A stretch of DNA of 64,000 nt from positions 20,088,001 to 20,152,000 of the forward strand of contig OX442314.1 of the NCBI GenBank assembly GCA_949358305.1, read 5' to 3'. Shown here in pieces: positions 11,763 through 23,801 of the stretch. This stretch comes from Strigamia acuminata (lineage: Eukaryota). The notes beneath the pieces are model-generated. The model was not told the DNA's origin and ran no database searches. It worked only from the letters and a program-made list of their open reading frames with translations. Made by a program: the position numbers and the translations under genes. Every line of letters starts with the position of its first letter. The stretch's first letter is position 1.

Positions 11763-14700
11763 ATGTTGAAAAGTCTCCCAATATCATTTTTTGTGATTGT
11801 CATCATTGTCACATTGGCAAAAGTAATGTTGATTTATTTTACTTTATTTTAATTTTTTTTTTCTATATTATTTTTTCTATCTTCTCTTTGCACATTTCGT
11901 CATCATCATTGTTTCACTGTTTTTACAGGGTCACCACCCAACGAAAGGAAGCAAGAGCAGTAAGAATTTCGGTGATAAGTACAACCTCTGACAAAAAGTA
12001 TTTGATCGATCAATCACAACAAACAAACAAGAATTTGTACAATACTTTATACACAAAACATTTCATTCACTTAACGTAATAGAAGAAGACAAAAGTTACA
12101 AAGCAGTAGGTGCATTCAATAAGTCTAAACCGTATGCAAAACTCGTTTCGTGTTTGCACGTGACGTCATTCCCATTGAATAACATGTAATTCAATGGGAA
12201 TGGGAATGACGTCACGTGCAAACACGAAACGAGTTTTGCATACGTTTTAGACTTATTGAATGCACCTAAGTGATAATTTGAAAAAAAATAAACAATATCA
12301 AAAAGTTAGGTATTTTTGTGGACCATTCTGGGGAGAAAAAAAAATTCAACATAACAGCGAGGAGAAAATGTTTTGTGCATAAATTATTATTTAAACTAAA
12401 AAAAAAATTGGAATTAATGCATGTGGTGACTGATCAAACACTTTTTGGCCGTTTGCTAGGGATTGTATGTTTACGCCGTAACTAGAGAAATGAAGGAACA
12501 GCTGCACTCAAAACGTATTGTACATGTACTTATGTTAGTGGTTAATTTGTGAGCATTTTGCATAACGTATTATTTTTCAAAATAACTGCCAAAATGGAAT
12601 AATTTTAACCTGCGAAATCGTGTCTTTCTTTTTCTTTTTTCGTAAAGAAAAAGTATACAACTACAGTAACATACAACTGCATACAGATTCAAGCGTTTGC
12701 TTGACTTACTGATAGACTTGTGCGCTGGAGATAATCTCTCGGCATTTAACCAGTAAGTTACTATTAAACGTGGAACAAAATGGATGCCTTGCCTTGACGA
12801 TGAACCATAGTGGAAAAACAATTTTTTTAATGAAGCGCTGACGTTTAGTTTCCTTGTTTCAGCATAAAAATCAAACACTAAAACACTAAAAACACCATTT
12901 TTTGAATGCATCTACTATCAATTTGATCTAAAACTAGATTTCAATTTATATTTCCATTATTATGTTTTTAGATTATCATGGTAACTATAAAGGTGACGAT
13001 GTTGAGAGACCCGACCACCATCATCACAACCAACACCATCGTCATTCCTCAAAAACAGACAAATATTATAATAAAGCGCATGGAACAGGAGCAGACGAAC
13101 CAAACGAACCTGATGTGGCTATGCAAGGAAGACTAGCAAATGGACCTCTTGTAGGAAGACTAGCAAATGGACCTCTTGTAGGAAGACTAGCAAATGGACC
13201 TCTTGTAGGAAGACTAGCAAATGGACCTCTTGTAGGAAGACTAGCAAATGGACCTCTTGTAGGAAGACTAGCAAATGGACCTCTTGTAGGAAGACTAGCA
13301 AATGGACCTCTTGTAGGAAGACTAGCAAATGGACCTCTTGTAGGAAGACTAGCAAATGGACCTCTTGTAGGAAGACTAGCAAATGGACCTCTTGTAGGAA
13401 GACTAGCAAATGGACCTCTTGTAGGAAGACTAGCAAATGGACCTCTTGTAGGAAGACTAGCAAATGGACCTCTTGTAGGAAGAGCAGTAGATCTAACATA
13501 CCCAGATTTGGGTGTACCACAGCCAGATTCTCATGAACATAAAAATATGCATCATAACCACCACAATCGACACCATCATCATAAGTCAAAGGGCACCTAC
13601 AAGAATAAGAAATCACAAAATGCACCAATTCGAGCTCCCCATTATCACAATCATCATGCTTTAGGAAAGAAATATACCGGTGGTGTGAATACAGGAAGCG
13701 GAGCTCCAAATTGGCATTCTCTTTCACGTTCCCATACAGATTCGGATTCGGATTCGGAATCACAAAATGAACACCATTATCACAAACATCATGCTTTAGG
13801 AAAGAAATATACCGGTGGTGTGAATACAGGAAGCGGAGCTCCAAATTGGCATTCTCTTTCACGTTCCCATACAGATTCGGATTCGGATTCGGAATCACAA
13901 AATGCGCACCATTATCACAAACATCATGCTTTAGGAAAGAAATATACCGGTGGTGTTAATACAGGAAGCGGAGCTCCAAATTGGCATTCTCTTTCACGTT
14001 CCCATACAGATTCGGTTTCGGATTCGGAATCACAAAATGCGCACCATTATCACAAACATCATGCTTTAGGAAAGAAATATACCGGTGGTGTGAATACAGG
14101 AAGCGGAGCTCCAAATTGGCATTCTCTTTCACGTTCCCATACAGATTCGGATTCGGATTCGGAATCACAAAATGCGCACCATTATCACAAACATCATGCT
14201 TTAGGAAAGAAATATACCGGTGGTGTTAATACAGGAAGCGGAGCTCCAAATTGGCATTCTCTTTCACGTTCCCATACAGATTCGAATTCTGATTTGAACG
14301 CAATTAAAAGGAAAAAAGGCAAAGAGGGAAGATATGCCGGTAGCCTTGCTAATACAGGATTCAGAAATCGAAACAAGAAATATTACAAGTTTATAGATTC
14401 CATATCGGATTCCAGTTCGGATTCGGATTCAAATTCAGATAGTTATGAAACCCAATATCAAAAATTACTTTCAAATTATCATGGACTTTATAAAGAAATC
14501 AATGCGGATTCCAACTCGGATTCGGATTCCAGCTCGGATTCGGATTCCAGCTCGGAATCGGATTCCAGCTCGGAATCGGATTCCAGCTCGGAATCGGATT
14601 CCAGCTCGGAATCGGATTCCAGCTCGGAATCGGATTCCAGCTCGGAATCGGATTCCAGCTCGGAATCGGATAGCAGCTCGGAATCGGATTCCAGCTCGGA

Positions 14701-16846
14701 ATCGGATTCCAGCGCGGAATCGGATTCCAGCTCGGAATCGGATTCCAGCTCGGAATCGGATTCCAGCTCGGAATCGGATTCCAGCTCGGATTCGGATTCC
14801 AGCACATACACATCAGGTGGATTTAATACAATTGTAAATCCAAATAAGCGTTTCAACCAAAACCCAGTTAAATTTAGTACAATTGTTAGGCCAAATAAGG
14901 GTTCCAATCCAAATTCAGGTGGATTTAATACAAATGTTAATCCAAATAAGGGTGTCAACCAAAACTCGGGTGGATTTAGTACAATTGTTAAACCAAATAA
15001 GGGTTCCAACCAAAACTCAGGTGGATTTAAAACAAATGTTAATCCGAACACTGGTTTCAACCAAAACAAAGGTGGATTTAATACAATTGTCAATCCAAAT
15101 CTGGGTTCCAACCAAAACTCGGGTGGATTTAGTACAATTGTTAAACCAAATAAGGGTGTCAACCAAAACTCAGGTGGATTTAACACAAATGTTAATCCGA
15201 ACACTGGTTTCAACCAAAACAAAGGTGGATTTAATACAATTGTCAATCCAAATCTGGGTTCCAACCAAAACTCGGGTGGATTTAGTACAATTGTTAAACC
15301 AAATAAGGGTTTCTATAAAAAGACTGGAACGTATGGCACAAACAAATTTGGAAGACAACTACAAGATCTAAGCGGTAAGTTATAGTAATGATATTGCCAT
15401 CAACTTGAATCGTATACATTATTAGTGGTGTTCCTAACTTGAAATCTTATAAATCTGTAGATTCAAGTTCTGATTCCGATTCAGCTGAATTGACTCATGG
15501 TCAAGATCAACAGCAAACGAGACATCCTCATGCAACACCCGCTGGGTCGAATAACAGAAATAAGCAAACCAAGCAACTTCACACTTCAGGAGGTGGATTT
15601 AACGCAAATATCAATCAGAATAATGCATTCTCCCCTACTTTTGGAAATTTGGGTAGCATAGGCCAAATTGGAGGAAGAGCTGCAAAATATACTAGTAAGT
15701 GGTAAATTGCAAACAACTTCCGAAAATTAGCTTGAGATTTTTTTTGATTTAGTCACAGAATTTAATAATTACTCAGAATAGAAACTGTAATTTGTTTACA
15801 GATAATTGACACAAACTCAAACTTATTTCTAGAGGTTGTTTTTCTAACTACACTGCAAGTAAATTGTTGCAAGAACGATATCTATTTTAATAATACCATC
15901 AGCGAATGGTAGCAATAGTTGGTGTTAAGGTGATAGTTCACCATTCTTAGAACCATTGTGAAAATGTAGCGCCTGTGTTGGTGTTTGTGTGCAAGATCGT
16001 TTTTCTTCACCCAGATACAAACCTGACGTTGTCGTTTTAATGCAATAATTACTTGTGTTCAGTAGATTTAAGTTTTATCCTGTATAATAATATATTTGTT
16101 ATACCTTGTCAAAAAAGGAATTAATACGGGAAAAACAACTGCGTATACGGATTCTGATTCTGATTCTGATTCTGATTCTGAGTCGTATTCAGTTGAAAAG
16201 ATGTTAGGCAGAACAGCAGATGTACAGCCAATTATTCACATTCATCACCACCACTATGGTGACAAGGACAACGACGGAATCTTCAAACCCTCTGACACAT
16301 TTATTCCAAGTATTTATCAATATAAAGTTTTTAACCCAAACACGTTTGGATTTAATCCAAATGTTAACCCAAACACGTTTGGATATAATCCAAATGTTAA
16401 CCCAAACACGTTTGGATTTAATCCAAAATGTTAATCAAAATCTGGCTTTCAACCCAAACTCAGTTGGATATAATCCATATGTTAATCAACGTCCGGTTTA
16501 CAACCCAAACTATCAACCTAGCTTAAGCGGATTTGGAAGATCACTACCGGTAGGTGGTCCAAAAGGTAAATAACAATAATGATATTGCCCACAACTTAAA
16601 ATCGATGCATAAAATATTACTGTTACAAATTATAGCTGACGATACACCACACCAAGATGCTAGGTATTAAAATTATTCATTTTTTTATTAGCAAGTAATA
16701 GTAGTAAAATTTAAAAATTTTATTAGTAAAAATAATACATTTTTTTTACAATTTATTTTTTAATTCCAGTAGCTCTTCAAGTTCAAGTAGTTCGTCTTCG
16801 TCCTCATCATCATCTGAAAACTGATAGTAAAGAAGGAAGACACTAA
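11763..16846 (+). CDS. G3: large secreted modular repeat protein; exons 11763-11822, 11929-11959, 12972-15374, 15461-15694, ~16118-16565, 16636-16663, 16770-~16846
   Basis: Exon 1 [20 protein letters not shown] (signal-peptide-like); GT/AG phases compatible; 807-aa ORF is exon 3; a +1 A at ~16428 and probably one at ~16820 break the distal frame. Confidence 0.75.
12107..12268. mobile_element. Short palindromic MITE (AGGTGCATTCAA TIR family)
   Basis: Near-perfect hairpin, absent at the paralogous site ~4340; related ends at ~7370-7450, ~41605-41990 and ~59940-60050. Confidence 0.8.
13127..13477 (+). repeat. 13 perfect 27-bp coding repeats (GRLANGPLV)
   Basis: GGAAGACTAGCAAATGGACCTCTTGTA; 351 bp / 27 = 13 units. 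Confidence 0.95.
13637..14290 (+). repeat. 5 x 135-bp coding repeats (45-aa His-rich unit with GKK)
   Basis: TTAGGAAAGA recurs at 13661, 13796, 13931, 14066 and 14201. Confidence 0.95.
14507..14803 (+). repeat. 18-bp coding repeat (DSSSES)n, ~16 units
   Basis: GATTCCAGCTCGGAATCG tandem array. Confidence 0.95.
14813..15310 (+). repeat. ~10 x 51-bp coding repeats (SGGFNTxVNPNKGxNQN) with a 153-bp higher-order period
   Basis: Seen directly in the ORF translation. Confidence 0.9.
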
Positions 16847-17779
16847 CATGTCGCGATCCAACATAAGTGAATAAAACAATTAATTAGAGAAAATACTTTA
16901 CCTCGGAATAAATATGAAAACACTTGTTTATAAATTAATTAAATGTTTTATTTACATCTGATGTTACAAAAATTAATATTATACTCTTGTTCGAGTCAAG
17001 AAGGCCCCTAAATCTCATTGGTCGAGCCATTTTACTGGTGCAGTAATCCAAAAAAATAGACCCAAACATCAGAATTGCATTACGATGTACAGACATTGTA
17101 ATCGACATTGTAATCAATTACCGTATATCTTCCAATTGTCCGTGGGCCTCCAATAGCGCGCGGACCTCCAATAACACGCGGGGATAATTTTTGCAAATAT
17201 CGCACGGGCGTCTAATTGCGCGCGGGTGCACAATTAGAGGCCGAAATTTTTAGAAATGTGCTGATAAAGGATGATAAATGAAACGTTTTGCATACGTTTC
17301 AGTAGAAATTACCGAAACGTCCAGAGTATACAAAACGTTTCATTTGTCACACTTTTTTGGTGTATTTCGTTAGAGATACGTTCAAAAAACCCAACAGGTT
17401 TAATTAATCTGTGGGCCTCTAATAGCGCGCGGGCCTTCTATTGTACGCGGGGTAAATATTTTTTTGAAAATTGTGACGGTTACCCTGTCATGCACTTTGA
17501 TAGTTTAGAACGATTATTCTGACAATAGATGGCGTTAATACGTTTTAGCGGTAAATTCGAATTTCGATTATTTTTTAAGTAGGATAAAATATAAATTATT
17601 ATTTATATTTCATTCTACTTCCACTTTTAATTGATTCATCTTGTTGTATTGTAGTTTAACACATAATTCTATCGAATTATGCCTAAACTACATACCTGGA
17701 GAAGCCACCCCTCGCCACCCACTGTAAGTTGGACTCATTCCAGATTATAGTCAAGGACTTAATCCGAAATATGTCCTGA

Positions 17780-20700
17780 CACTGCAAAAAAAGAGAGATT
17801 TCCATGTGGAAAGTCATTGTAAAATATAGTGTGTAAATGTCATCTTTCCACATTGTGGAAATATGTATGGAAAGTTCATGTATGGAAAGTTATATTTCCA
17901 TCATATTTCCGGTACTGTAAATTTAAACGGTTATGGAAAGGTGTATTTCCACAATATTTCCAGTACTGTAAATTTAAATGGTTATGGAAAGGTGTATTTC
18001 CACAATATTTCCATTATGGATATGGAAAGATGTATTTACATTATATTTCCATTACGGATACTTAATTTACAGATTGGCGGTAATGGAAAGATGTATTTAC
18101 ATTATATTTCCATTACGGATACTTAATTTACAGATTGGCGGTAATGGAAAGATGTATTTCCATTATAATTCCAGTTTTACATATCCACATCACTGATTGA
18201 TTTCATATTTCATATTTCCGCTGCCCGAATGCCCGCCGCCCGAATGCCCGAATGCCCGCCGCCCGAATGCTCGAATGCCCGCCGCCCGAATGCCCGAATG
18301 CCCGCCGCCCGAATGCCCGAATGCCCGCCGCCCGAATGCCCGAATGCCCGCCGCCCGAATGCCCGAATGCCCGCCGCCCGAATGCTCGAATGCCCGCCGC
18401 CCGAATGCCCGAATGCCCGCCGCCCGAATGCCCGCCGCCCGAATGTCCGAATGCCCGCCGCCCGAATGTCCGAATGCCCGCCGCCCGGATGATTGGTCGC
18501 CGACGAGGCGATGGATTCGCGATGTTTTTCGTTAATAAAGTCGTTTAGCTTCATTATTTGTTAAGTTTTGACTGTTTTACTGATTTTTACCAATGTATTT
18601 GTTCATAATTGCTTGATTGTAACTAATTTAATCGATTTGCTAAAGCTCCGCGAGCTTATGTGTTGCTATGGTTACCGTGTTTCTAGGCTTAGAATTTTAG
18701 GTATTTAATGCGTTATATTTCTTGTTTAAGTTTACTTCCTTTCCGAGATACTTGAGTGCTTTCATGTCATGATTCTAGGCCTCATTAGAAAGGTGCCCTT
18801 TTGAGAAATGTTTTATTGAATAAAAACCCAAAGCAGTTGTATTCCGTACGGAGGTTAAAGAGGAACTCCCAGAAATTCGTATTGTTATTTTTGACATAAT
18901 ATTTAAGCATTTAATATTATTTCGTCGCCGTTCATTTTGTTGTCTCGATCTAACTTCAAGAATGGCCACTGATTTAGTCTGCTTTCAGTCACAATGGGCA
19001 TGCGCACAATGTTTAAATGACAGAAATTCTAAACACGTTTCTAAGTTTATTGCGGGTAAACAGCCTTTTAAAAACTGGCTAAAATATGCATTTAGACTGG
19101 TTTAAAGAAGATAGACACGACTTTTCGAATGCAGCTAACTTATTATCCGAATGCAGTTGATGTCTTGTTTTTTGTGTACACGTTCACGGTGATCGGCGAC
19201 GAAACGATCGGCGACGAAATGATCGGGCAAAAAAGAAATAAAACAATAAAACAAAACCGGAAAACTCCATCATTTCGGCGCCAATTCAGGCGCCGAAGTG
19301 ATTGAACACCCGTTGATCTGCCCAGAGAAGGCATGTTGTTTTATTCTACATTATTGTCATTTCAATTAACAATGCTTCTGATGTGTTTCATGTGTCATTT
19401 GATCGTGCTCTCCCATTGAAAGGAGGGATTTTCACTTCACTTGTAAAATAAACTCGAAAGAGTAAAAAACACGCTTTGAGTCTCCTCTCGCTTTACATTC
19501 TCTTCTTCGAACATTTTTCAGGCATCTTGGGCAGTGGCGCAAGATCGTTTCCTCTGTTTTTATTTCGCGATGCAGCAGCAATCCAGCACACAAAACCGGG
19601 ACAGCAAAAAGTCACCTGTTTCATTCACCTATTACTGAGTGGCGGTATATCATCGTTTTGTTCGACCAACACGCGGTGCACGAACGAATCCGACTACAAC
19701 AACTCCAAGCCGAGATGGACATTTTAGGCGAGGACGATTTGGTCAATGTGAAACGCGTTTCGTTCAATCCGCCGATGGATTTGACGATGCGCGAGAAAGA
19801 AATTCTCTCTTGCAACCGTTCCAGAAGTTCGCGGCCAAATCGACCTCGCCTAAAATGTCCATCTCGGCTTGCTTGGAGTAGTATCAGTCCAAATAAATCT
19901 TGGACGGGAACTACAAACAACGATCCGCAACATTCTCTTCAACGCTCGGACCGATGACCGGCTGCAATTACAGTGTTTATTTGTTAATTTGTTTATTTCT
20001 TTATTATTCCTTTTTCCCCTGGTTTTTTAATTAAATACAAAATTAAATTGTTTTCCAGTTAAAAATATTTTTTTTTTCGACGATGAATTATGATTTACCG
20101 CTACCGCAATAGGGGAACATTCAGCGGCAATGCTGTGCGCTTTTTACGTAAAAATGCTAACTTGGTTAGAAGGATTAAACAACAACTAAACAACTAACAA
20201 ACAAATTATTTGCAAGAATTGACACGTGATATTATTAATGAGAAAGTAAACGATGTTCGATTTTTTCATCTGGCTGCAACGTCGAACAGATTTCGTCCAT
20301 TTTTCCAATCGCCGCTGTTTATCATTTTAACTGTGGAAATGACCTATGTGGCAGCGGCTATTCAACGGGATTTCTTGTCGTTTATAGATGTTAGTTAATA
20401 AAATCCCAAGATTTTATCAAATTTTCTCGAACAATTTTCAGGTAGAAAGAATAGGCTTAATAAATCAAACACAGGCGATTACTTTGAGTGCCAAAATTGA
20501 AAATAATTCGGACACCATGATATGCGTCTTTAATAAATTTTAGTCCGTTGCATGCTGACAGATTTGTTGATTTTATATTTGTTAAAATAAAAATACGAAA
20601 TTCAAGACAGAGTCTCGGCAATCCCTTCTAAACCTCCTTCCGGAGTTGTGCCTATCTATGTTTAGAAAATAAACAAACATTTGCATATTCCTCAGTGTGG

Positions 20701-23700
20701 CAAGTGATATTACGAGCGGCGATTCGTCGCCCAGCAATATCGGCGACAATTTTGGCGATCGATTTAGCTGACTGATCAAGCCCATTTGTCGATAAATAAA
20801 TAAGTTACTAAATTTGCATTACCTGTTTTTATAATTTATAAAAATGTACACTAAATGTAAATACATCGAGAGTTTGGAATTAAATACACAAAAATGTTGT
20901 CAAAATTCTATTTCTTCCTCTTGTTGTTTGCGATTATTGAATCTTCGACGCCGGCTTCGTGTTTTTTCATCTCGTTGTTCCAGTCATATGGGCACGAGGT
21001 GCCCGGATTCGTCCATAACGTCGCCAAGTGAATGCAATGCGTCGTTACACGGAACTGGTCGAGAAGAAACATTTGCTGCCAGAAGATTTAAATAAAATCA
21101 AATGAAATCGAATAAAACCAAATAAAATCAAGCGAAAACGTTTTTTTCTTTCTTTTGATGAAATTGGCCATCGTAATTATGATTACCCATTTAAAACTAG
21201 GGCGATTACATACACAATTTACACCGCCATTTTTTACCGAATTGTTGTTTTAATAGTAAAACTTTCTGCGAACAAATGGCGTTTACTCATTGTCGGCATG
21301 GATTCATTTTGTGTTACGTGTTACGTGTTTATTCACGGAAAAAAATTATATGTTGTTCAATGGCCTCGATGAAAACAGTATTTGAAACTGTGATAACGTA
21401 TGTGCGCAGCGCCAGAAGATAAAGAATTGGAGAGATTACAAGAGATAAGAATTCAGTGCTTCGTTGGATGAAATTTTGTTTATTACGGAGTACACAGTAC
21501 AGTATTGTTATACACAGCTGATTTCGGAACAAATTAGGGATCGTAAATGGTTCCTGTGAAATGTGAAGGATAAGTTTGTCTTTGGCGACTGGTGTTGCAC
21601 TTTTGAGAATATCACGCGGAGGTCAAAAAGATGAATGGTTACCATTGTCCGACTAATGGTATAGGGGGCGCATAAGTTTGGGACGGTAAAGAGTAATGGC
21701 CAATCCACATCAAGCATTGACAGGTCGATTACATGATTGGTCATTATGGTCCCGATTTTTTGCGCCCCCTACACCAATAACCAAGCAAGGTCACCATTCA
21801 CCTTTTCGATCTCCACGTGCTTTTCTACTGCAACATGCTAAAATTCTGCAAAAAAATACCAATATTATCTTGAATCATCAGTTTTGTAATTACGTACATT
21901 TCGCAAAAGCCCGTGCATTTCAAACTCCAAAAAATGGCATGGATCAAGCATTTAACGAAGAGGAGAGAATTCAACTGTAAGTTCGTGGTTAAACAAAACA
22001 CGTACGTGTCGAAGAGACTTCATTGTTTGCGGGAAAAATTATGGAACATTTAAGTTTTTTTTATAGGCCTAGATATAAAGTTAGTGAATGCTAGACGACC
22101 GGAGCCATGCAGTTGCAGAAAGTGAGTCCAGTGAATCTGAGTACACTAATTACGAGATTCATATGAAAATGAATGTATTTGGATTTTTATTATTTGTTAA
22201 ATTTATTTTATATTGGATTTTTGAATTTTTATAGAAAATGTACACAAAACCGAAAAAAAAAATAGTTTGATAATTATGAAAAAGCGACTTGTAATAATAC
22301 TGTAACTTAGGATTTTGGTTTTGGTTATGTTGAAATTTTGTGAAAAAATCTTTTGTAGGGGTGTTTTGAGACTTCATTGTTTGCGGAAAGGCTGTGGGAA
22401 GACTTATTTCTTTAGACGGCTACCAATATCATTTAACAATCTGTGGTCAAGAGGTAATGATTTGTTTTAATTATTACAGTAAATTAAATATTCGATTTTA
22501 TTAATTTTTTTTCACTGTTTTTAGATCGAATGCATCCTCTCTGCTGCCGCCGCCGCCACGACCGAAGCAAGAGGCGGACGATGGTACCCAAATAAGATCT
22601 GCTGTTTGAAAAGGCATAAAAAATTGTACGGAGTATTTTTTTAAAAAATATATGGATCATTTAAGATTTTTTTTTATAGGGCTAGATATAAACCTCCTAA
22701 ATTTGCAAGATAATTACTTAGGTGTGACCGGAGCCATGCAGTTGCAAAAAGTGAGTTTAGTGAATCTGAGGAAAGTAATTACAAGATTCATATATGTATT
22801 TCGATTTTTATTATTTGTTAAATTTATTTTATATGAGATTTTTGGATTTTTTCAGAAAATGTGCAGGAAAACCGAAAAAAAAAGTTTGATAGTGACGGAA
22901 AAGCGACTTGTAATAATGTCATAATACTGCTGCATAGGATTTTGGTTTTACTGAGATTTTGTGCAATTAATTTGGAAAAATCTTTTATATGGGTGTTTTG
23001 AGGAGTTCAGTGTGCTGAAGGATTTGAAGAAGTATTTTGTTTTCTGCCAGTTTTCTGCTTTATTACTATGCAACATATGTAAAAAGAAATGCAGAAGGGA
23101 GATACAAATGCCAGCCCATGTGGACAAAATGGTATTTTTAGCATTTAAAGTTACAATTTGATGATAATATAATTTTTTTTTGTTATTTAGCACTCCTTTA
23201 GCAGTATTGGCAAATCAGATTCTGAAAATGAAGACTGCTCATCAAGAGCGGTTTAAATTAAATTTGAATTGAATTTTTAAAAAAAAATTTTATCTGAAAT
23301 AAAATAAATGATTTTAAAAATACACCGTATAAACTTGTGAATTCTTTTTTTAGTTAGTTAAAACTAACAAAAAACAACAAAAAAATAAAAAATAAAAAAA
23401 AATTTAAAAAGAAAGTAAAAAAAAAAAACTGTGGTAATGTCATATTTAATCTATGGAAATATAATGGAAATATGAAATCAATCAGTATGGAAATAAAATG
23501 GAAATATTAAATTAACCAATATGGAAATGAAATGGAAATATGGAAATCAACCAGTATGTAAATATAATGGAAATTTGAAATCAAACAGTATGTAAATGTA
23601 ATGGAAATATGAAATCACACAGAGAGGGAAATCTTATGGAAAGATGGTATGGAAAAGATGTCTTTCCATATGGAAATATGATGTGTAAACATAACCTTTA

Positions 23701-23801
23701 CACACTATGGAAATGTAACATTTCCACGTATGGAAAGTAGGTCTTTCCATAACATTTCCCATACATTTTCCATACCGGAAATCTCACTTTTTTTTGCAGT
23801 G
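17780..23801. mobile_element. Non-autonomous CACTA/CMC-type element (CACTG termini, 3-bp TSD TGA)
   Basis: TGA|CACTGCAAAAAAAGAGAGATTTCC...GGAAATCTCACTTTTTTTTGCAGTG|TGA; dense ATGGAAA/TTTCCAT subterminal repeats at both ends; no transposase recognised. Confidence 0.85.
18220..18490. repeat. GC-rich minisatellite (GCCCGAAT/GCCCGCC, ~23-bp period)
   Basis: Direct tandem array. Confidence 0.95.

Noticed and set aside
11750..12079. 109-aa ORF (and 26618-26962) as a membrane protein
   Set aside because: Off-frame read through exon 1, a T-rich intron and exon 2 of the family gene.
12962..12971. ATG at 12962 (and 7898) as the true start of the 807-aa ORF
   Set aside because: It lies in the polypyrimidine/AG acceptor; no signal peptide follows; upstream exons splice in phase.
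13127..13477. 27-bp array as a CRISPR array
   Set aside because: No spacers; in-frame coding repeat in a eukaryotic exon.
14400..14803. Horizontal transfer of a bacterial Sdr/Clf SD-repeat adhesin
   Set aside because: Low-complexity resemblance only; the gene has spliceosomal introns and no LPXTG anchor.
13119..15371. Antisense and alternative-frame ORFs over G3
   Set aside because: Shadows of the coding repeats.
18197..18554. PECPP/ARRPN repeat ORFs
   Set aside because: GC-rich minisatellite inside a TE, open in several frames, no gene context.
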